Source of the DNA: Candidatus Bathyarchaeota archaeon
Lineage (GTDB): Archaea > Thermoproteota > Bathyarchaeia > 40CM-2-53-6 > RBG-13-38-9
DNA: 64,000 nt
Direction of reading: 5' to 3'
Assembly: GCA_963807605.1 (NCBI GenBank)
Contig: CAWECG010000003.1
Coordinates: 192,001-256,000 of the forward strand
The notes beneath the pieces were generated by a model that was not told the DNA's origin, did not search any database, and was given only the letters and a program-made list of their open reading frames with translations. This document shows, in pieces, positions 51,054 to 61,627 of the stretch (position 1 is the first letter of the stretch; every line of letters starts with the position of its first letter). The position numbers were made by a program, and so were the translations under genes.

Positions 51054-52244
51054 TTGTTCTGTATGCCACAGATTTTGTTTGGAACGTGTGGTTGGAGCTA
51101 TGCAGAATGGGAGGGCATCCTTTATCCGCATAAGCAGAGCAAGCTCAAGCAATACTCCTCGATATTCCCAACTGTAGAGATCGACTCCACATTCTACTCC
51201 CTTCCGAGAGATGGCATCGTTCTAGGCTGGGTTAGGTATACACCTCCGAGTTTCGTATTCTCAGCAAAACTCTCCCAGACCATAACCCACAAGAAGGCAC
51301 TTGACACCGCACGAGGAATCGAACCAGATCTGGATCAATTCTTGGAGACTATGGGCCCAGCCATCGAGGCAGGAAAGCTGACCTGTGTCCTCGTTCAACT
51401 TCCACCATTCTTGAGGTTCAACGCACAGAGGCTCGAGGCATTTCTAAATCTGTTGCCTGACCGACCAAGTTTCGCAGTTGAGTTCAGACACCAATCTTGG
51501 CTGCGCGACGAGACCTTCAAGCTCCTAGAGAGATACAAAACGGCCTACACCATTGTTGATGAACCTGCACTTCCTCCAGAAATCCATGTGACATCAAATC
51601 TTGCATACGTACGGTGGCATGGCAGAGGCAACAGACCCTGGTTCAACTATAGATACTCAAAGGAACAACTGCAAGAATGGGTTCCAAAAATCAAAGAGGT
51701 AACTGAAAAGACAGAGCGGATTCTAGGTTATTTCAATAACCATTTTCACGGATACGCTCCTGAGAACTGTCTGCAGATTATGCAGATGCTCGACATTCAG
51801 ACGCCAAGGGGATCCGAAGCTCTCAACAAAATAACTTCACACAAAGAGGACAGAGAACCTGCAAAAACCAGCCTTGAGGCATGGACAGGACCGGTCGCTG
51901 AGAGGACAGTCGAGAAGCTGCTCCTGAAGTTTACAGAGGCAGATATCATCAAGAACGCCCGAGCTATACCCGATAAGGATCTGTCTCTTCGCCAGGATAA
52001 CAAGCGAGGTTTAGCAGCCTACATCGGACAAACAAACGTGACCATAGATCTTGAAGAGCACACAATTATCCACCGCTGCCCATTTTTTTTCAAAAGCAGT
52101 TCTCAAAAACGCTTCTGCCCGCACATAGCTAAACTGTTCTTAGCTATCAGCCCCGAGAGGGCCAGAACTGTCTTATCACTTATCAAATCGAACGTAGAAA
52201 GTTGGAAGTTTGAGTCCAAATTCTCGGTTGAGTTTCCAAAATAG
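51054..52244 (+). CDS. DUF72 family protein with C-terminal SWIM-like zinc finger
   Basis: GTCGWSY, VEIDSTFY, VQLPP, AVEFRH, YVRWHG, YFNNH; HRC..FCPH. Confidence 0.9.
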   Translation: MFCMPQILFGTCGWSYAEWEGILYPHKQSKLKQYSSIFPTVEIDSTFYSLPRDGIVLGWVRYTPPSFVFSAKLSQTITHKKALDTARGIEPDLDQFLETMGPAIEAGKLTCVLVQLPPFLRFNAQRLEAFLNLLPDRPSFAVEFRHQSWLRDETFKLLERYKTAYTIVDEPALPPEIHVTSNLAYVRWHGRGNRPWFNYRYSKEQLQEWVPKIKEVTEKTERILGYFNNHFHGYAPENCLQIMQMLDIQTPRGSEALNKITSHKEDREPAKTSLEAWTGPVAERTVEKLLLKFTEADIIKNARAIPDKDLSLRQDNKRGLAAYIGQTNVTIDLEEHTIIHRCPFFFKSSSQKRFCPHIAKLFLAISPERARTVLSLIKSNVESWKFESKFSVEFPK

Positions 52245-52286
52245 GAGCACGCTTGATTCAACTGTTGCTTGAATTTGCGTTGTGTG

Positions 52287-52475
52287 TTATTTCCACTCCG
52301 TAGCGGGTAGACCGCCTTTGGCCAAATCGTGTCTGGCCAGATCGTTGAAGATGACAGTGACTCTGTCTTTGTCGACACCGAGTATCCTGACAATGTCTCC
52401 TGTTATTGCTTCCGCTAGTTTCTTTTTCTGTTCAGGGGTGCGTCCTTCAATAAGATCAATTTTTACCGTTGGCAT
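52287..52475 (-). CDS. 4-oxalocrotonate tautomerase family protein
   Basis: N-terminal Pro, EGRTPEQKKKL, AKGG; 62 aa. Confidence 0.92.
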   Translation of the reverse strand: MPTVKIDLIEGRTPEQKKKLAEAITGDIVRILGVDKDRVTVIFNDLARHDLAKGGLPATEWK

Positions 52476-52875
52476 CTTTCTTTCAAACCTCGTTCTGAGT
52501 CTCTCATTGTTGCTTAATAAATCTCTCTCTGTCGTTAACGAAAACTTCGACAGGATTGAGAATGAACAAGTTCACGAGATTTTCGTGGCCTAAGTGTCGA
52601 TCAGTCAGTAATGAATGTGACTTACCACTAGTTATTAGTTGCTTGAACCATTATTTAGTGTGGCAGCAGCTCCTTCGACTGCCACCTTCACTCAGTAGAC
52701 CACCCTCAGAGCAGTAGGTGCTATGAAGAGGGACCCTTATTCTGAAGCATTGCTCTTTCGGATTACTCAAGGATCCAAGCCGCGATTCAGAGCTAACCTC
52801 TCGCGTTTTGAATATCGCTTACGACCTACCGGGCTGATAGACTGAAAACCTGAACTCTTATAGCTCGTTGAGGAG

Positions 52876-53976
52876 ATGACAATCTTAAGAGCCGGCCGCC
52901 ATCATTGCACCTGTGCAATTGATGTGAAAAAGACTACTTTTGCTCTGATTTTCATATTCCTACAGTTTGCTTCTACGGTCCAACTCAATGGAACACTGCA
53001 AGTGAGGACCTCGGACACTCTGGAGAAATCACGTGACCCCAAGCTCATTGCCTTGGAAGATTTTCTTCTCGCCCAGTATAATCCTAGTCTTGGCCTTGTC
53101 AAGGAATCACCCGACCCATCGATAAATCAGACATACTGGCTATTGGGCGATAACCTCTTGGCTTATCATGCGTTAAAAGATCGACACCCAGAGATCGCAA
53201 ACCGAATCTACCAGACGATAATACGATACGGATATGGATTGCAGGACGGTCTACATGAAGCCCTCTTCGGAAACGAAATCCCATTGCCACCCTACACCCC
53301 CAAGGACAAAATAGTCGAGCAGGGCACTGCGTACACTGTAAAGGTTGAGTATCGTAACCCAAGTGAAGCCAAGGTCATGGATGACTGGGTAGACTACGCG
53401 GATATCCTTCTCTACGCCTCTTTAGGATTCTATAATCAGCCATCCCAAGTCAAACAGGTCAACAAAGCGCTGTATTACTTCAACATGGCCAAGGATATGT
53501 GGAACGAGGCTGGACTTTACGACAAGCCAACTAGACTGGATGGATATTACACTACTTACAAGTTGGCGCTACTGCTCTTCGCCAGTCTAGTCTTGAATCA
53601 GACCTTACCCTTCAGATCGACTTTGGAGGACAGGATCTGGAGGATGCAGAGAGACGATGGGGGTGTAAGAAGCCACTACCTCGGCAACCTAACCAGCGAT
53701 AGAGAGGCGAATACCGAGACTGCCAGTCTGATCCTCATCGCTTACAACTATCAGGAGGCGGAGCTTTCGAGGGAGAGGTCAACCCTTGAGCAGAGAGAGG
53801 TTGAGCAGAAAGCCAGCGAAGAACGAGAACTGCTCACGCAGACGATTGTCCTTGTGGTGCTTGTTGCAGGTGCTAGCGTCATTGCAGTTATTGCAGTGAA
53901 GTTGCCGAATCGGAGATCGAAAAAGGAACTAGTCACCAAAAGCAGAATCGAAAGGCTTCACAGGCTTCCTATCTGA
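52876..53976 (+). CDS. Secreted, C-terminally anchored hypothetical protein
   Basis: Signal-like N-terminus, WRMQRDDGG, ANTET, coiled coil and TM near the C-terminus. Confidence 0.75.
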   Translation: MTILRAGRHHCTCAIDVKKTTFALIFIFLQFASTVQLNGTLQVRTSDTLEKSRDPKLIALEDFLLAQYNPSLGLVKESPDPSINQTYWLLGDNLLAYHALKDRHPEIANRIYQTIIRYGYGLQDGLHEALFGNEIPLPPYTPKDKIVEQGTAYTVKVEYRNPSEAKVMDDWVDYADILLYASLGFYNQPSQVKQVNKALYYFNMAKDMWNEAGLYDKPTRLDGYYTTYKLALLLFASLVLNQTLPFRSTLEDRIWRMQRDDGGVRSHYLGNLTSDREANTETASLILIAYNYQEAELSRERSTLEQREVEQKASEERELLTQTIVLVVLVAGASVIAVIAVKLPNRRSKKELVTKSRIERLHRLPI

Positions 53977-54077
53977 ACTCTGTAACAATCGATTTCTAGC
54001 GCTCCCTAACCAAGCAAATTATGCCTCACTTGAGAGTACTGCTTGACATCACCAGTGTTGATCCAAGTCAGAATTTC

Positions 54078-54293
54078 TCACCCTAATACGAAGAATTGGC
54101 TCATCCTGCACTCATCACAGCGATACGTCTTGAAGCCGGCGCTTGTGTGCGCCAGTCGCATGGGTTTCTTGCACACAAGGCATGATGGAGGCTCTTGCGC
54201 CTCTTCAACTTTTGGATTAACCTCCGGAGCTTGTACTGCTTCAGTCGCGATTTTCTTTCCGACTCCTGAGCCGCTCCCCTTTTCTACGCTCAA
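54078..54293 (-). CDS. Small zinc-ribbon protein
   Basis: CLVC-x15-CDEC; SD GGAG. Confidence 0.6.
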   Translation of the reverse strand: MSVEKGSGSGVGKKIATEAVQAPEVNPKVEEAQEPPSCLVCKKPMRLAHTSAGFKTYRCDECRMSQFFVLG

Positions 54294-54506
54294 TACGAGA
54301 TTACTCCTGTCAAATCGGAAAATGTCCGCATGGCTAGGTTCTACAGTTGTTCGCGCCAGGGCTAAAGTTCAACGAAGCAGACATTTAGACCTTGAGACAA
54401 CAAACTTTTGGAGATACGTAGGTCGCGGACTCGTGTAGAACAAGCGATGGTGTGCTGCCGCTCGGGTTCATACGAGTGCACAGGGAGAGCCTTCGTTAGC
54501 CAACGC

Positions 54507-55632
54507 TAGCCTCTTGCAATATTCTTGGGCTTAACATGAAGATGTATACGTGTTTTTGATCATAAGATCGATGAGCTTTACACCCACTCATGCCGTTTCT
54601 GGTGAAAAAGAAGTGAGCGAGTGTAAGGCTCTGTATGATCTGTTTCAGGCTTTGGATTTAACGTTTGTAGAACAAGTCTTAGAAAGAAGCTATGGAAGAA
54701 GAAGCAGCGTCGGCAGACCCCATAGAAATTTACTTGGAATGTTCAAAGCAGAGCTTGTCAAACGGCTAAGACACATAGAAAGCTACGAGGAACTATACCG
54801 ACTTCTATGGAGCGACGGTGAACTCTGCAAACTCTGCGACATCAAGGAATCAGAGAATCCATATCACCCATCAATACTTCTGAGGTTTCGACGTAGAATA
54901 GGCCCTCAAGGATTTCACCGCCTCATGAACCGTCTGATCAAACAGCTTGACCACATGGACATTCTGGACTCTGAAATCCTAGCGTTAGACGTCACATTCA
55001 TCAAAGCTTACAGTCGAAGAGATCCTCACAATACCCAGTGTGGATTATCCGATTCTGAAGCCAGATTACGAAAACAAGGTAGAAACGTAATCTTAGGCTA
55101 CGGCATACACCTTGCTGTAGACACCATCAGCGAGATGCCGCGGGCAGTCACCATAGAACCTGCAAATGTAAATGAGAAAAAAGTTGCACCCCACCTCCTC
55201 CATAAAGCATTGAAGAAGAAACATAGGTGGAAGAGCATGACTGCAGACTCACAATACTCCAGCGAAGCTTTCAGAGACAAGGCAAGATCTATGGGCATAG
55301 AACCAATCATACCTTACCCTAGAAACCAGATGAAGGGCAAACAGGTTCTACGAATCGACCGGAAGTTCCGCTCACACGGACCTGCCCGTCTGAAACAACT
55401 GTATAAACGTCGATCCTCAGTGGAGAGAACATTCTCAAGACTCAAGACACACTTCGGATTGTCTCAGCTTCGAACACGCGGCCTAAGAAACGTCATATCA
55501 CATGTACTTCTCTGTCTGCTGGCTCTACTGGCAACTGCCTTATCCGCGATCAAGCACGGACACATCGATAAAATGCGGTCACCAATCCAGTTCACAAAAT
55601 TAACACAGAAAATATAATATTGCAAGAAGCTC
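54507..55632 (+). mobile_element. Insertion sequence (IS1182/IS5-like), 1126 bp, 17-bp imperfect TIRs, 4-bp TSD ACGC
   Basis: Left TAGCCTCTTGCAATATT vs right (reverse complement) GAGCTTCTTGCAATATT; ACGC at 54503-54506 and 55633-55636. Confidence 0.85.
54550..55617 (+). CDS. DDE transposase
   Basis: GRP N-terminal domain, ALDVT, GYGIHLAVD, ADSQY, YKRRSSVERTFSRLK. Confidence 0.93.
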   Translation: MFLIIRSMSFTPTHAVSGEKEVSECKALYDLFQALDLTFVEQVLERSYGRRSSVGRPHRNLLGMFKAELVKRLRHIESYEELYRLLWSDGELCKLCDIKESENPYHPSILLRFRRRIGPQGFHRLMNRLIKQLDHMDILDSEILALDVTFIKAYSRRDPHNTQCGLSDSEARLRKQGRNVILGYGIHLAVDTISEMPRAVTIEPANVNEKKVAPHLLHKALKKKHRWKSMTADSQYSSEAFRDKARSMGIEPIIPYPRNQMKGKQVLRIDRKFRSHGPARLKQLYKRRSSVERTFSRLKTHFGLSQLRTRGLRNVISHVLLCLLALLATALSAIKHGHIDKMRSPIQFTKLTQKI

Positions 55633-55691
55633 ACGCGCGGTATGATCCTTAAATCGCACGGCTCCCAAATATTAGATGTGAGTGATAGCTC

Positions 55692-56021
55692 TTGCCGAGA
55701 GTGCAATTCATCTCTACTGAGCAACTTCTCGAGATGAAGGCCAATAACAAGAAATTCAAACTTGTAGAGGTCTTACCGGAAGAAGAGTTCAAGAACGGAC
55801 ATATCCCTGGAGCCGTCAACTTGCCTCTTGACAAGTTAGAGACTCTTGCAAAACAGCATCTAAGGAAGGCCGATACGATTGTTGTTTACTGTGGAAGCTA
55901 CCAATGCCAAGCAAGCACAAACGCGGCTAGAACTCTCTTGAACATGGGTTTTAGGAAAACGCTTGATTATAAAGCAGGCAAGAAAGGATGGCTTCATACG
56001 GGCTTCGAATTAGAGAAATAA
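55692..56021 (+). CDS. Rhodanese-like domain protein
   Basis: GHIPGAVNLP, VVYC..C.AS, GKKGW. Confidence 0.9.
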   Translation: MPRVQFISTEQLLEMKANNKKFKLVEVLPEEEFKNGHIPGAVNLPLDKLETLAKQHLRKADTIVVYCGSYQCQASTNAARTLLNMGFRKTLDYKAGKKGWLHTGFELEK

Positions 56022-56077
56022 CTTGTGCATGGGTCGTAGCGCGCGCTAGACTAGGTTCCAGCGCGTGCGTCGTCAAT

Positions 56078-56446
56078 CTAGAAGGTAATCACTCTGCAAG
56101 AATTGTTCTTGAGAAACTGTGTTAAAGGCTCTCCCATGTACTTGACTTCTATCCCCAACGCTTCGAGATCGTCGGAGACTCCATACATGTCTGAACACCT
56201 TTTGCAAGCCATTAATTTAACACCGATCTCTTTCATCTTGGGTAAATAGGCCTGCAGTTCTGTATCGACTGACATGAGTTTGGAAGAAGGACCCCATACA
56301 ATCAGGTTGACTTCTTTCCACCATCCCTTCAGCTTGGAGTTCAAGGTATACATGAACACCATCTTCATTGCTACTTCCCTATCTCCACTACTCCATACCA
56401 CTACAAGTTCTGATGGCTCTGTTGACTCTCTATCCATGTTTGACAT
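56078..56446 (-). CDS. DsrE family protein
   Basis: VVWSSGDRE, LIVWGPS, ACKRCSD..GV. Confidence 0.85.
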   Translation of the reverse strand: MSNMDRESTEPSELVVVWSSGDREVAMKMVFMYTLNSKLKGWWKEVNLIVWGPSSKLMSVDTELQAYLPKMKEIGVKLMACKRCSDMYGVSDDLEALGIEVKYMGEPLTQFLKNNSCRVITF

Positions 56447-56650
56447 CTCCCTCTTGTTCTCAATCTCCGAGGTTGTTGAACGTTGACTCTAAGTTCATAT
56501 TTAGTATTTCGCACGGCCTCTAAAGACTCGTGACCGCCTAGCCTGCCTATGTTCTTCTCAATCTTCAATCTATAGCGGAGGCTTTCTAAGCGCGCGCTGT
56601 CCATCTCAAAAGACTCTTAAGTTTCTCTACAATAGTGAGACCGAGTCGTT

Positions 56651-57052
56651 TTGACTATCGAGAAGGGTTTTGGTCCAGAATTTCAGGAAGTCGGTTCGCG
56701 TCTTTATCGAGCCGAGTATGGTGTGATCTCTATCGCAATTATCGGGTATCTTGCTTGGCGGGGCCTCTTCCTCGGCGGGATTAACGTCTTTCAAACAGTA
56801 TTTTGGGCGCTCTTTCCTGATTTGGTAGCCTTCATACCAATCGGTTTGTTGTCGAAGCGGCGAGAATGGCCCGAGTGGGGTGCCTACCTCTACAACGCGA
56901 TTCACAATGTGATCGCTTGGGGGCTTGTGTTTACGGTGATCTGGATTGTCCTCGGGGTTACAAGTTGGCCTCTATTTGGCTGGTTGGGACACATCACGGT
57001 CGATCGCACGATTGGTTACGGCTTGAGGAAGCTCCCTCCCAAGAAGTCGTAG
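56651..57052 (+). CDS. DUF4260-like membrane protein
   Basis: RAE, PDL, YNAIH, WLGHITVDR..GYGL. Confidence 0.8.
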   Translation: MTIEKGFGPEFQEVGSRLYRAEYGVISIAIIGYLAWRGLFLGGINVFQTVFWALFPDLVAFIPIGLLSKRREWPEWGAYLYNAIHNVIAWGLVFTVIWIVLGVTSWPLFGWLGHITVDRTIGYGLRKLPPKKS

Positions 57053-57232
57053 CCTCATTCTTTCTTTGCTAGGCCAAATGTTGCGCTAGGTCAAATCTTA
57101 CGCACAAGCAAGAGCGCGCGCTGAAATACGGTGCGCTCCATCTGACCATGATATTGAGATATGCATAGAGAGAGGAAAGGTTCGAACGAAGCCGTGGAGT
57201 CAACTTATTCATAACCGAACAAGTAGCGCGCT

Positions 57233-58348
57233 TCACATAGTCCGCTTTGACAGCAATGTCGCTATGGGCAAGAATATGATAATGCTGATTACGAGTATCA
57301 AGAGATCTACGGATACCGCATTAAAGTTCAATCCAAGATACATGATTCGTCTTAGAGCTTCGTTGCCGTAAGTCCATGGAAGCATTCTTGATATGAGTCT
57401 ACCACCGGCTGGCAGTATCTCAGGCGTCGTAAAGGCCCCTGACAATTGAAATAGCGGAAAGGTTATCGCAATTTCCATAATCGTCAAAGTCGCGGAACTC
57501 CGAATTCTCGAGGATATCATTAGACCTAATGATAATGTGAACATAGAGATCAGAGATGTGGTGAGATAAATCAGTAATATGTTGCCTTTGATAACCAAGC
57601 CATCAAGTATGAAAATTATGAGTACGAATGATGTCCTCATTGAGTTGATGACGAGAGCTGCGGCCATCTTGCCTCCATACATTGAGAAAAGATTCATGGG
57701 GGTCAGCACAAGCCGAGTAAAGGTGCCTCGCTCACGTTCTCTTGTTACAGCATTGACTGCATCATCAAAGGCGCCTAGAATTGTTATTATCCCGAGAAAT
57801 CCAGGCAATATATAATCCCCGTTGGCAGGGCGACCTGAAACTGGTTTCGGTTCCACATCAACAGATACTAACCTTAGATTATATTGAGCGTTTAGACTTC
57901 TCAATAGTTCTTGCGATCGCTCAAGGACCGCTCGATAAACCAAAAGACTTGCCGTAACTTTTGAGTTATCGGTTTGCAGCAAGACAAAAGCCACCTGAGA
58001 GGTGAGGAGCCTATTGCCAAAACCTTCCGGTATAGTCACTGATCCGATAGCTTCACCTGCTTGAACGATTTCCAAAGCCCGTTCCTGAGTTTGCACAAGC
58101 TGATCAACTCGAATATATTTGGAAATAGAAAGTTCATCGATGAACATTTTCGATTGAGCTGATTCATCTAGATCAGCTACGACAATGGGGACTGCATGCG
58201 GATCACGGAATGCTCCCGTGATCACAATAAACATACTTATCAAGAGTATAGGAAACATTATCGTCAGAGCTAGGGACAGTGGATCTCGGCGCAGCTGCTT
58301 CAGTTCTTTTTTTGCGATTGCGGCGGAGTCGCGAATAAGAGAATTCAT
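57233..58348 (-). CDS. ABC-2 type exporter permease
   Basis: KELKQLRRD, RERERGT, LSGAF.P. Confidence 0.9.
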   Translation of the reverse strand: MNSLIRDSAAIAKKELKQLRRDPLSLALTIMFPILLISMFIVITGAFRDPHAVPIVVADLDESAQSKMFIDELSISKYIRVDQLVQTQERALEIVQAGEAIGSVTIPEGFGNRLLTSQVAFVLLQTDNSKVTASLLVYRAVLERSQELLRSLNAQYNLRLVSVDVEPKPVSGRPANGDYILPGFLGIITILGAFDDAVNAVTRERERGTFTRLVLTPMNLFSMYGGKMAAALVINSMRTSFVLIIFILDGLVIKGNILLIYLTTSLISMFTLSLGLMISSRIRSSATLTIMEIAITFPLFQLSGAFTTPEILPAGGRLISRMLPWTYGNEALRRIMYLGLNFNAVSVDLLILVISIIIFLPIATLLSKRTM

Positions 58349-59508
58349 GCAACGAGCCTCTCGCGGGCTGCCTTGAGGATGAGATATGCTAGAGCGTAGA
58401 AAAGCACTATAGATAATCCGACGAATTGCAGCTGATAGGTTAGGCTTGTCAAGGGCTGACCTATAAGTACTGTAAGTTTTAAGATATCAATTGCGTACGC
58501 CCAGGGCAAGTAATTTGAAATTATTAAAGGAAGTCCTTTCATCAATACCTTATCTATAATAGAACCGCTGAAGGCAAACAGAAAGAGGACTAAGAAGAAC
58601 TCGATAATTACCACCGCGCGAATCCCGATCCCTAGCGATGATATGAGCAAGCCGAATCCCATTGTTAGGAGTGCAATCAGAACAGTAATGGCTAACAAGG
58701 TCAAGAGATCAGTGTTGATACGAGCACCGTATGCGAAAACAGCCAAGCTGAGAACAATAATTGTCCGAATTATGTTCAGACCCAAGTCGTACAGTGTCTT
58801 CCCAATCATTATGGCTCCAAGACTGACGGGACTTACGAGTAACCGCGAATAGGTACCTTCTTCATGTTCTCGAGACATGCCTCCAGCTATCTCATAGAAG
58901 GTTGCAAAGACTATTACTAACGACATGGTAATCGTCAATCCTAGTGCGAAGCCAGAAAACTGGGTTCCCTTCTGAATGACTTGAATTGTTGAGAAACCTT
59001 CTACTTCTATGTACGGAGACGGTGGAATTTGTGTTGCAGGATTGAAGGTTTGGACAGTTGCATTTACAGCTGAGAGAACTGCGGCGGAAACTCCCGGCGA
59101 ACCATCATCAATATACACAACAATGGTGCCTGTCTGATTTCTCATTAATCTATCTTGAAATCCCTGTGGGATGATGACGGCAGCATAAATCGAGCCTTTT
59201 CCCATGGCCTCAAAGGCGTTATCTTCACGGTATCCTTGAATTAACCTATTGAATTTATCTGACCTAACTAATGTTTCATACAGGCGACTTGAAGCAACAG
59301 AGTGATCTTCGTCAACAAACGCCATAGGAAGCGCGGCTGTCGGTTTGAAAGTCGTTCCTGCTCTTCCTTGTCCAGCTCCCAACGAGGCGGTGAAAAAAAA
59401 GGGGATAACTACAAGTGAGATAAGAATTGCGGATCGGTTACGCCTAAAGACCCAAAATTCATTAGTCATTACAGCAAATATGTCTCTTAATATTTGCATT
59501 TTAGTCAT
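58345..59508 (-). CDS. ABC-2 type exporter permease
   Basis: VDED.S, REHEEGT..LLVSP, FSG, LPW. Confidence 0.9.
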   Translation of the reverse strand: MTKMQILRDIFAVMTNEFWVFRRNRSAILISLVVIPFFFTASLGAGQGRAGTTFKPTAALPMAFVDEDHSVASSRLYETLVRSDKFNRLIQGYREDNAFEAMGKGSIYAAVIIPQGFQDRLMRNQTGTIVVYIDDGSPGVSAAVLSAVNATVQTFNPATQIPPSPYIEVEGFSTIQVIQKGTQFSGFALGLTITMSLVIVFATFYEIAGGMSREHEEGTYSRLLVSPVSLGAIMIGKTLYDLGLNIIRTIIVLSLAVFAYGARINTDLLTLLAITVLIALLTMGFGLLISSLGIGIRAVVIIEFFLVLFLFAFSGSIIDKVLMKGLPLIISNYLPWAYAIDILKLTVLIGQPLTSLTYQLQFVGLSIVLFYALAYLILKAARERLVA

Positions 59509-59556
59509 GCTACTTGCAATCCATTGAGGTATTACATTATGAGCCGTTTAGGTAGT

Positions 59557-60585
59557 TCATGTTCTTCGACGAGATTTCTCCGCAAAACGATCTATTTCGG
59601 CTTCACCCCCTGTTAACGAAATGAATGCTTCCTCAAGCGTCGGATCCTTCTTACCAATAGCTCTAATTCTTGCTCCTGAACTGACAAGCAAGCCTACAAC
59701 TTTGTCTTCAATCTCTTCGTCTTCTTTTCTGATACAAGTGATTCTGAGCATTGGGTCATCATACGTTACTTTACATACGCTAGCCAGATTCTGAATCTTC
59801 TCAATCGTGACGGAGTCAAGACGTGGTGAATCGGCTTCTATCACAGCCTGTTCAGACACAGTTTGTCTCAAATCAGCCGGCGTGCCTATCTGTATCAACC
59901 CGCCCTCAAATATTATTCCTACACGATCACAAATCATCTCAGGTTCTTGCATGTAGTGTGTGGTCCAGATGACTGTCACACCCTGATCGCAAAGATTCCT
60001 AGTAAACTCCCGGAGCGCCACCGCTGATTGAGGATCCAGACCAGAAGTTACCTCATCAAGGAAGAGGATCTTTGGATCATGGACAAGTGCTGCAATGATC
60101 ATTGCTTTTTTCGTCCAACCGCTGGAAAGCTCCCTTACTAGCAGCTTTGATCTCTCTCGGAAATTGAACATCTCCAAGAGCTCTCTTATCCTCTTCTGAC
60201 CCACCTCACTTGGTAGACCGTATAGTGTGCTGAGCAACTTCAGGTTCTCCTCGATGGTTAGATCCTTGTAGAGTGACACACCATCAGATACTACTCCGAT
60301 TCGGCGTCTAATTTCGGCGGCTTCCCGTCTGAGATCATACCCCGCTACTGTTGCGGTTCCTCTTGTCGGCTCAAGAAGAGTGCAGAGCATACGCACGCAG
60401 GTCGTCTTTCCTGCACCATTAGGACCCAGTAGGCCGAACAGTTCACCGGATTCAATATTGAGGTTTAGACTATCGACTGCGGTAAAATGTCCAAAGACTT
60501 TTGTCAGATCGACTGTTGTGATTGCGTTCTTTGGCAAAAAAAATCCCGTAGTTAAATCGACTTTGAGCCACTTTCCTGTGAACAC
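59557..60585 (-). CDS. ABC exporter ATP-binding protein (DrrA-like)
   Basis: GPNGAGKTT, LSSG, FLDE, TTHYM, TLEEAF. Confidence 0.93.
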   Translation of the reverse strand: MFTGKWLKVDLTTGFFLPKNAITTVDLTKVFGHFTAVDSLNLNIESGELFGLLGPNGAGKTTCVRMLCTLLEPTRGTATVAGYDLRREAAEIRRRIGVVSDGVSLYKDLTIEENLKLLSTLYGLPSEVGQKRIRELLEMFNFRERSKLLVRELSSGWTKKAMIIAALVHDPKILFLDEVTSGLDPQSAVALREFTRNLCDQGVTVIWTTHYMQEPEMICDRVGIIFEGGLIQIGTPADLRQTVSEQAVIEADSPRLDSVTIEKIQNLASVCKVTYDDPMLRITCIRKEDEEIEDKVVGLLVSSGARIRAIGKKDPTLEEAFISLTGGEAEIDRFAEKSRRRT

Positions 60586-60688
60586 TCTTAAACTTTTCTA
60601 GAAATAGTAAACAATGCGTTTGTTAAGAAAATCGCACATCCTACTCAAGACGGAGAGCACAAGCGCGCGCTATAACGTTTCCTTCACG

Positions 60689-61237
60689 TTACGGTGGTGG
60701 CAGGTTTTTTGAGACTGGACCGATATTGATCTGAACATATGTGCCTCCATCAGTGCCGTCTCCAGATGTAGTTATGGCAAGCCAGAATACGCGAGGATTG
60801 GCAGATGGAGAAATCGCAACGGTGAGCGTGCTCCTATAAAAGGTCACTCCGACTGGAGTTGGAATAAGCAATACGGCTACAGGAGAAAATCTTGTGATCA
60901 TAACTGGCAATTGAGTTCCTGCCACTGTTACTGGAGTCGCTTTCAGAGATAACTCAAGGGGATTACCGTGGAATATGCGTCCATACGTACCTGTTGTTAT
61001 CGTTATGTTAATGTCTTGAGTGCCACCTGAAAGTGGAAATGTGAGAGAAGGTTCTGACGCGACGGAATAGTTGAGATTTGCAAATGGGGCTAATGCAGGC
61101 ATTTGCGGCACCGATTCCTTCTTTTCCGTTAGGGTTCTAATGCTTGAGAATGAAAACAAAGAGACGGCTAAGGCGACACAACAGACGACAATCAGCGTCT
61201 TTCTACCAAGAAACATTCTTGCGGACACGTCGAGCAC
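60689..61237 (-). CDS. Membrane-anchored hypothetical beta-rich protein
   Basis: N-terminal TM, Ig-like composition. Confidence 0.65.
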   Translation of the reverse strand: MLDVSARMFLGRKTLIVVCCVALAVSLFSFSSIRTLTEKKESVPQMPALAPFANLNYSVASEPSLTFPLSGGTQDINITITTGTYGRIFHGNPLELSLKATPVTVAGTQLPVMITRFSPVAVLLIPTPVGVTFYRSTLTVAISPSANPRVFWLAITTSGDGTDGGTYVQINIGPVSKNLPPP

Positions 61238-61474
61238 ACGTTGCTGTAACTATTAAATAAAAGCTACGTAGCGCGCGCTCAAAAGAGAAGGCTTGACATA
61301 CTTTATGATGAATCTTCTCAAGCTTCTCCTTAATCTCGCCTAGCTCCTTGATGATCTTGCCTTGATTCGTATTTAGCATCTCAATTTCCGAATGGATACT
61401 ATCGAGACACCTCATCAAGCGCACGCTTGTCAAAAGCAGTCTTGAGAAGTGGGAAGTCTAGCGCACGCGTTCTA

Positions 61475-61627
61475 TCAGTAGATTTTTTCTACAACAGCTG
61501 ACAAAATGCAGAGACCTGCACCCAGGATGATAATTCTGAACAGAAAATTCTCAACTGCCAACAGCAATCCGACCCAAGCAAGAAAGAAGCCAACCCACCC
61601 AACTACATGAAATATCCACTTTTCCAA
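61475..61627 (-). CDS. 50-aa two-TM microprotein
   Basis: MEKWIFHVVGWVGFFLAWVGLLLAVENFLFRIIILGAGLCILSAVVEKIY; SD GGGGGTGA; below the ORF-track cutoff. Confidence 0.65.
   Translation of the reverse strand: MEKWIFHVVGWVGFFLAWVGLLLAVENFLFRIIILGAGLCILSAVVEKIY

Noticed and set aside
52660-52760. Hairpins GTGGCAG/CTGCCAC and CCCTC/GAGGG
   Set aside because: Too short and isolated to distinguish from chance.
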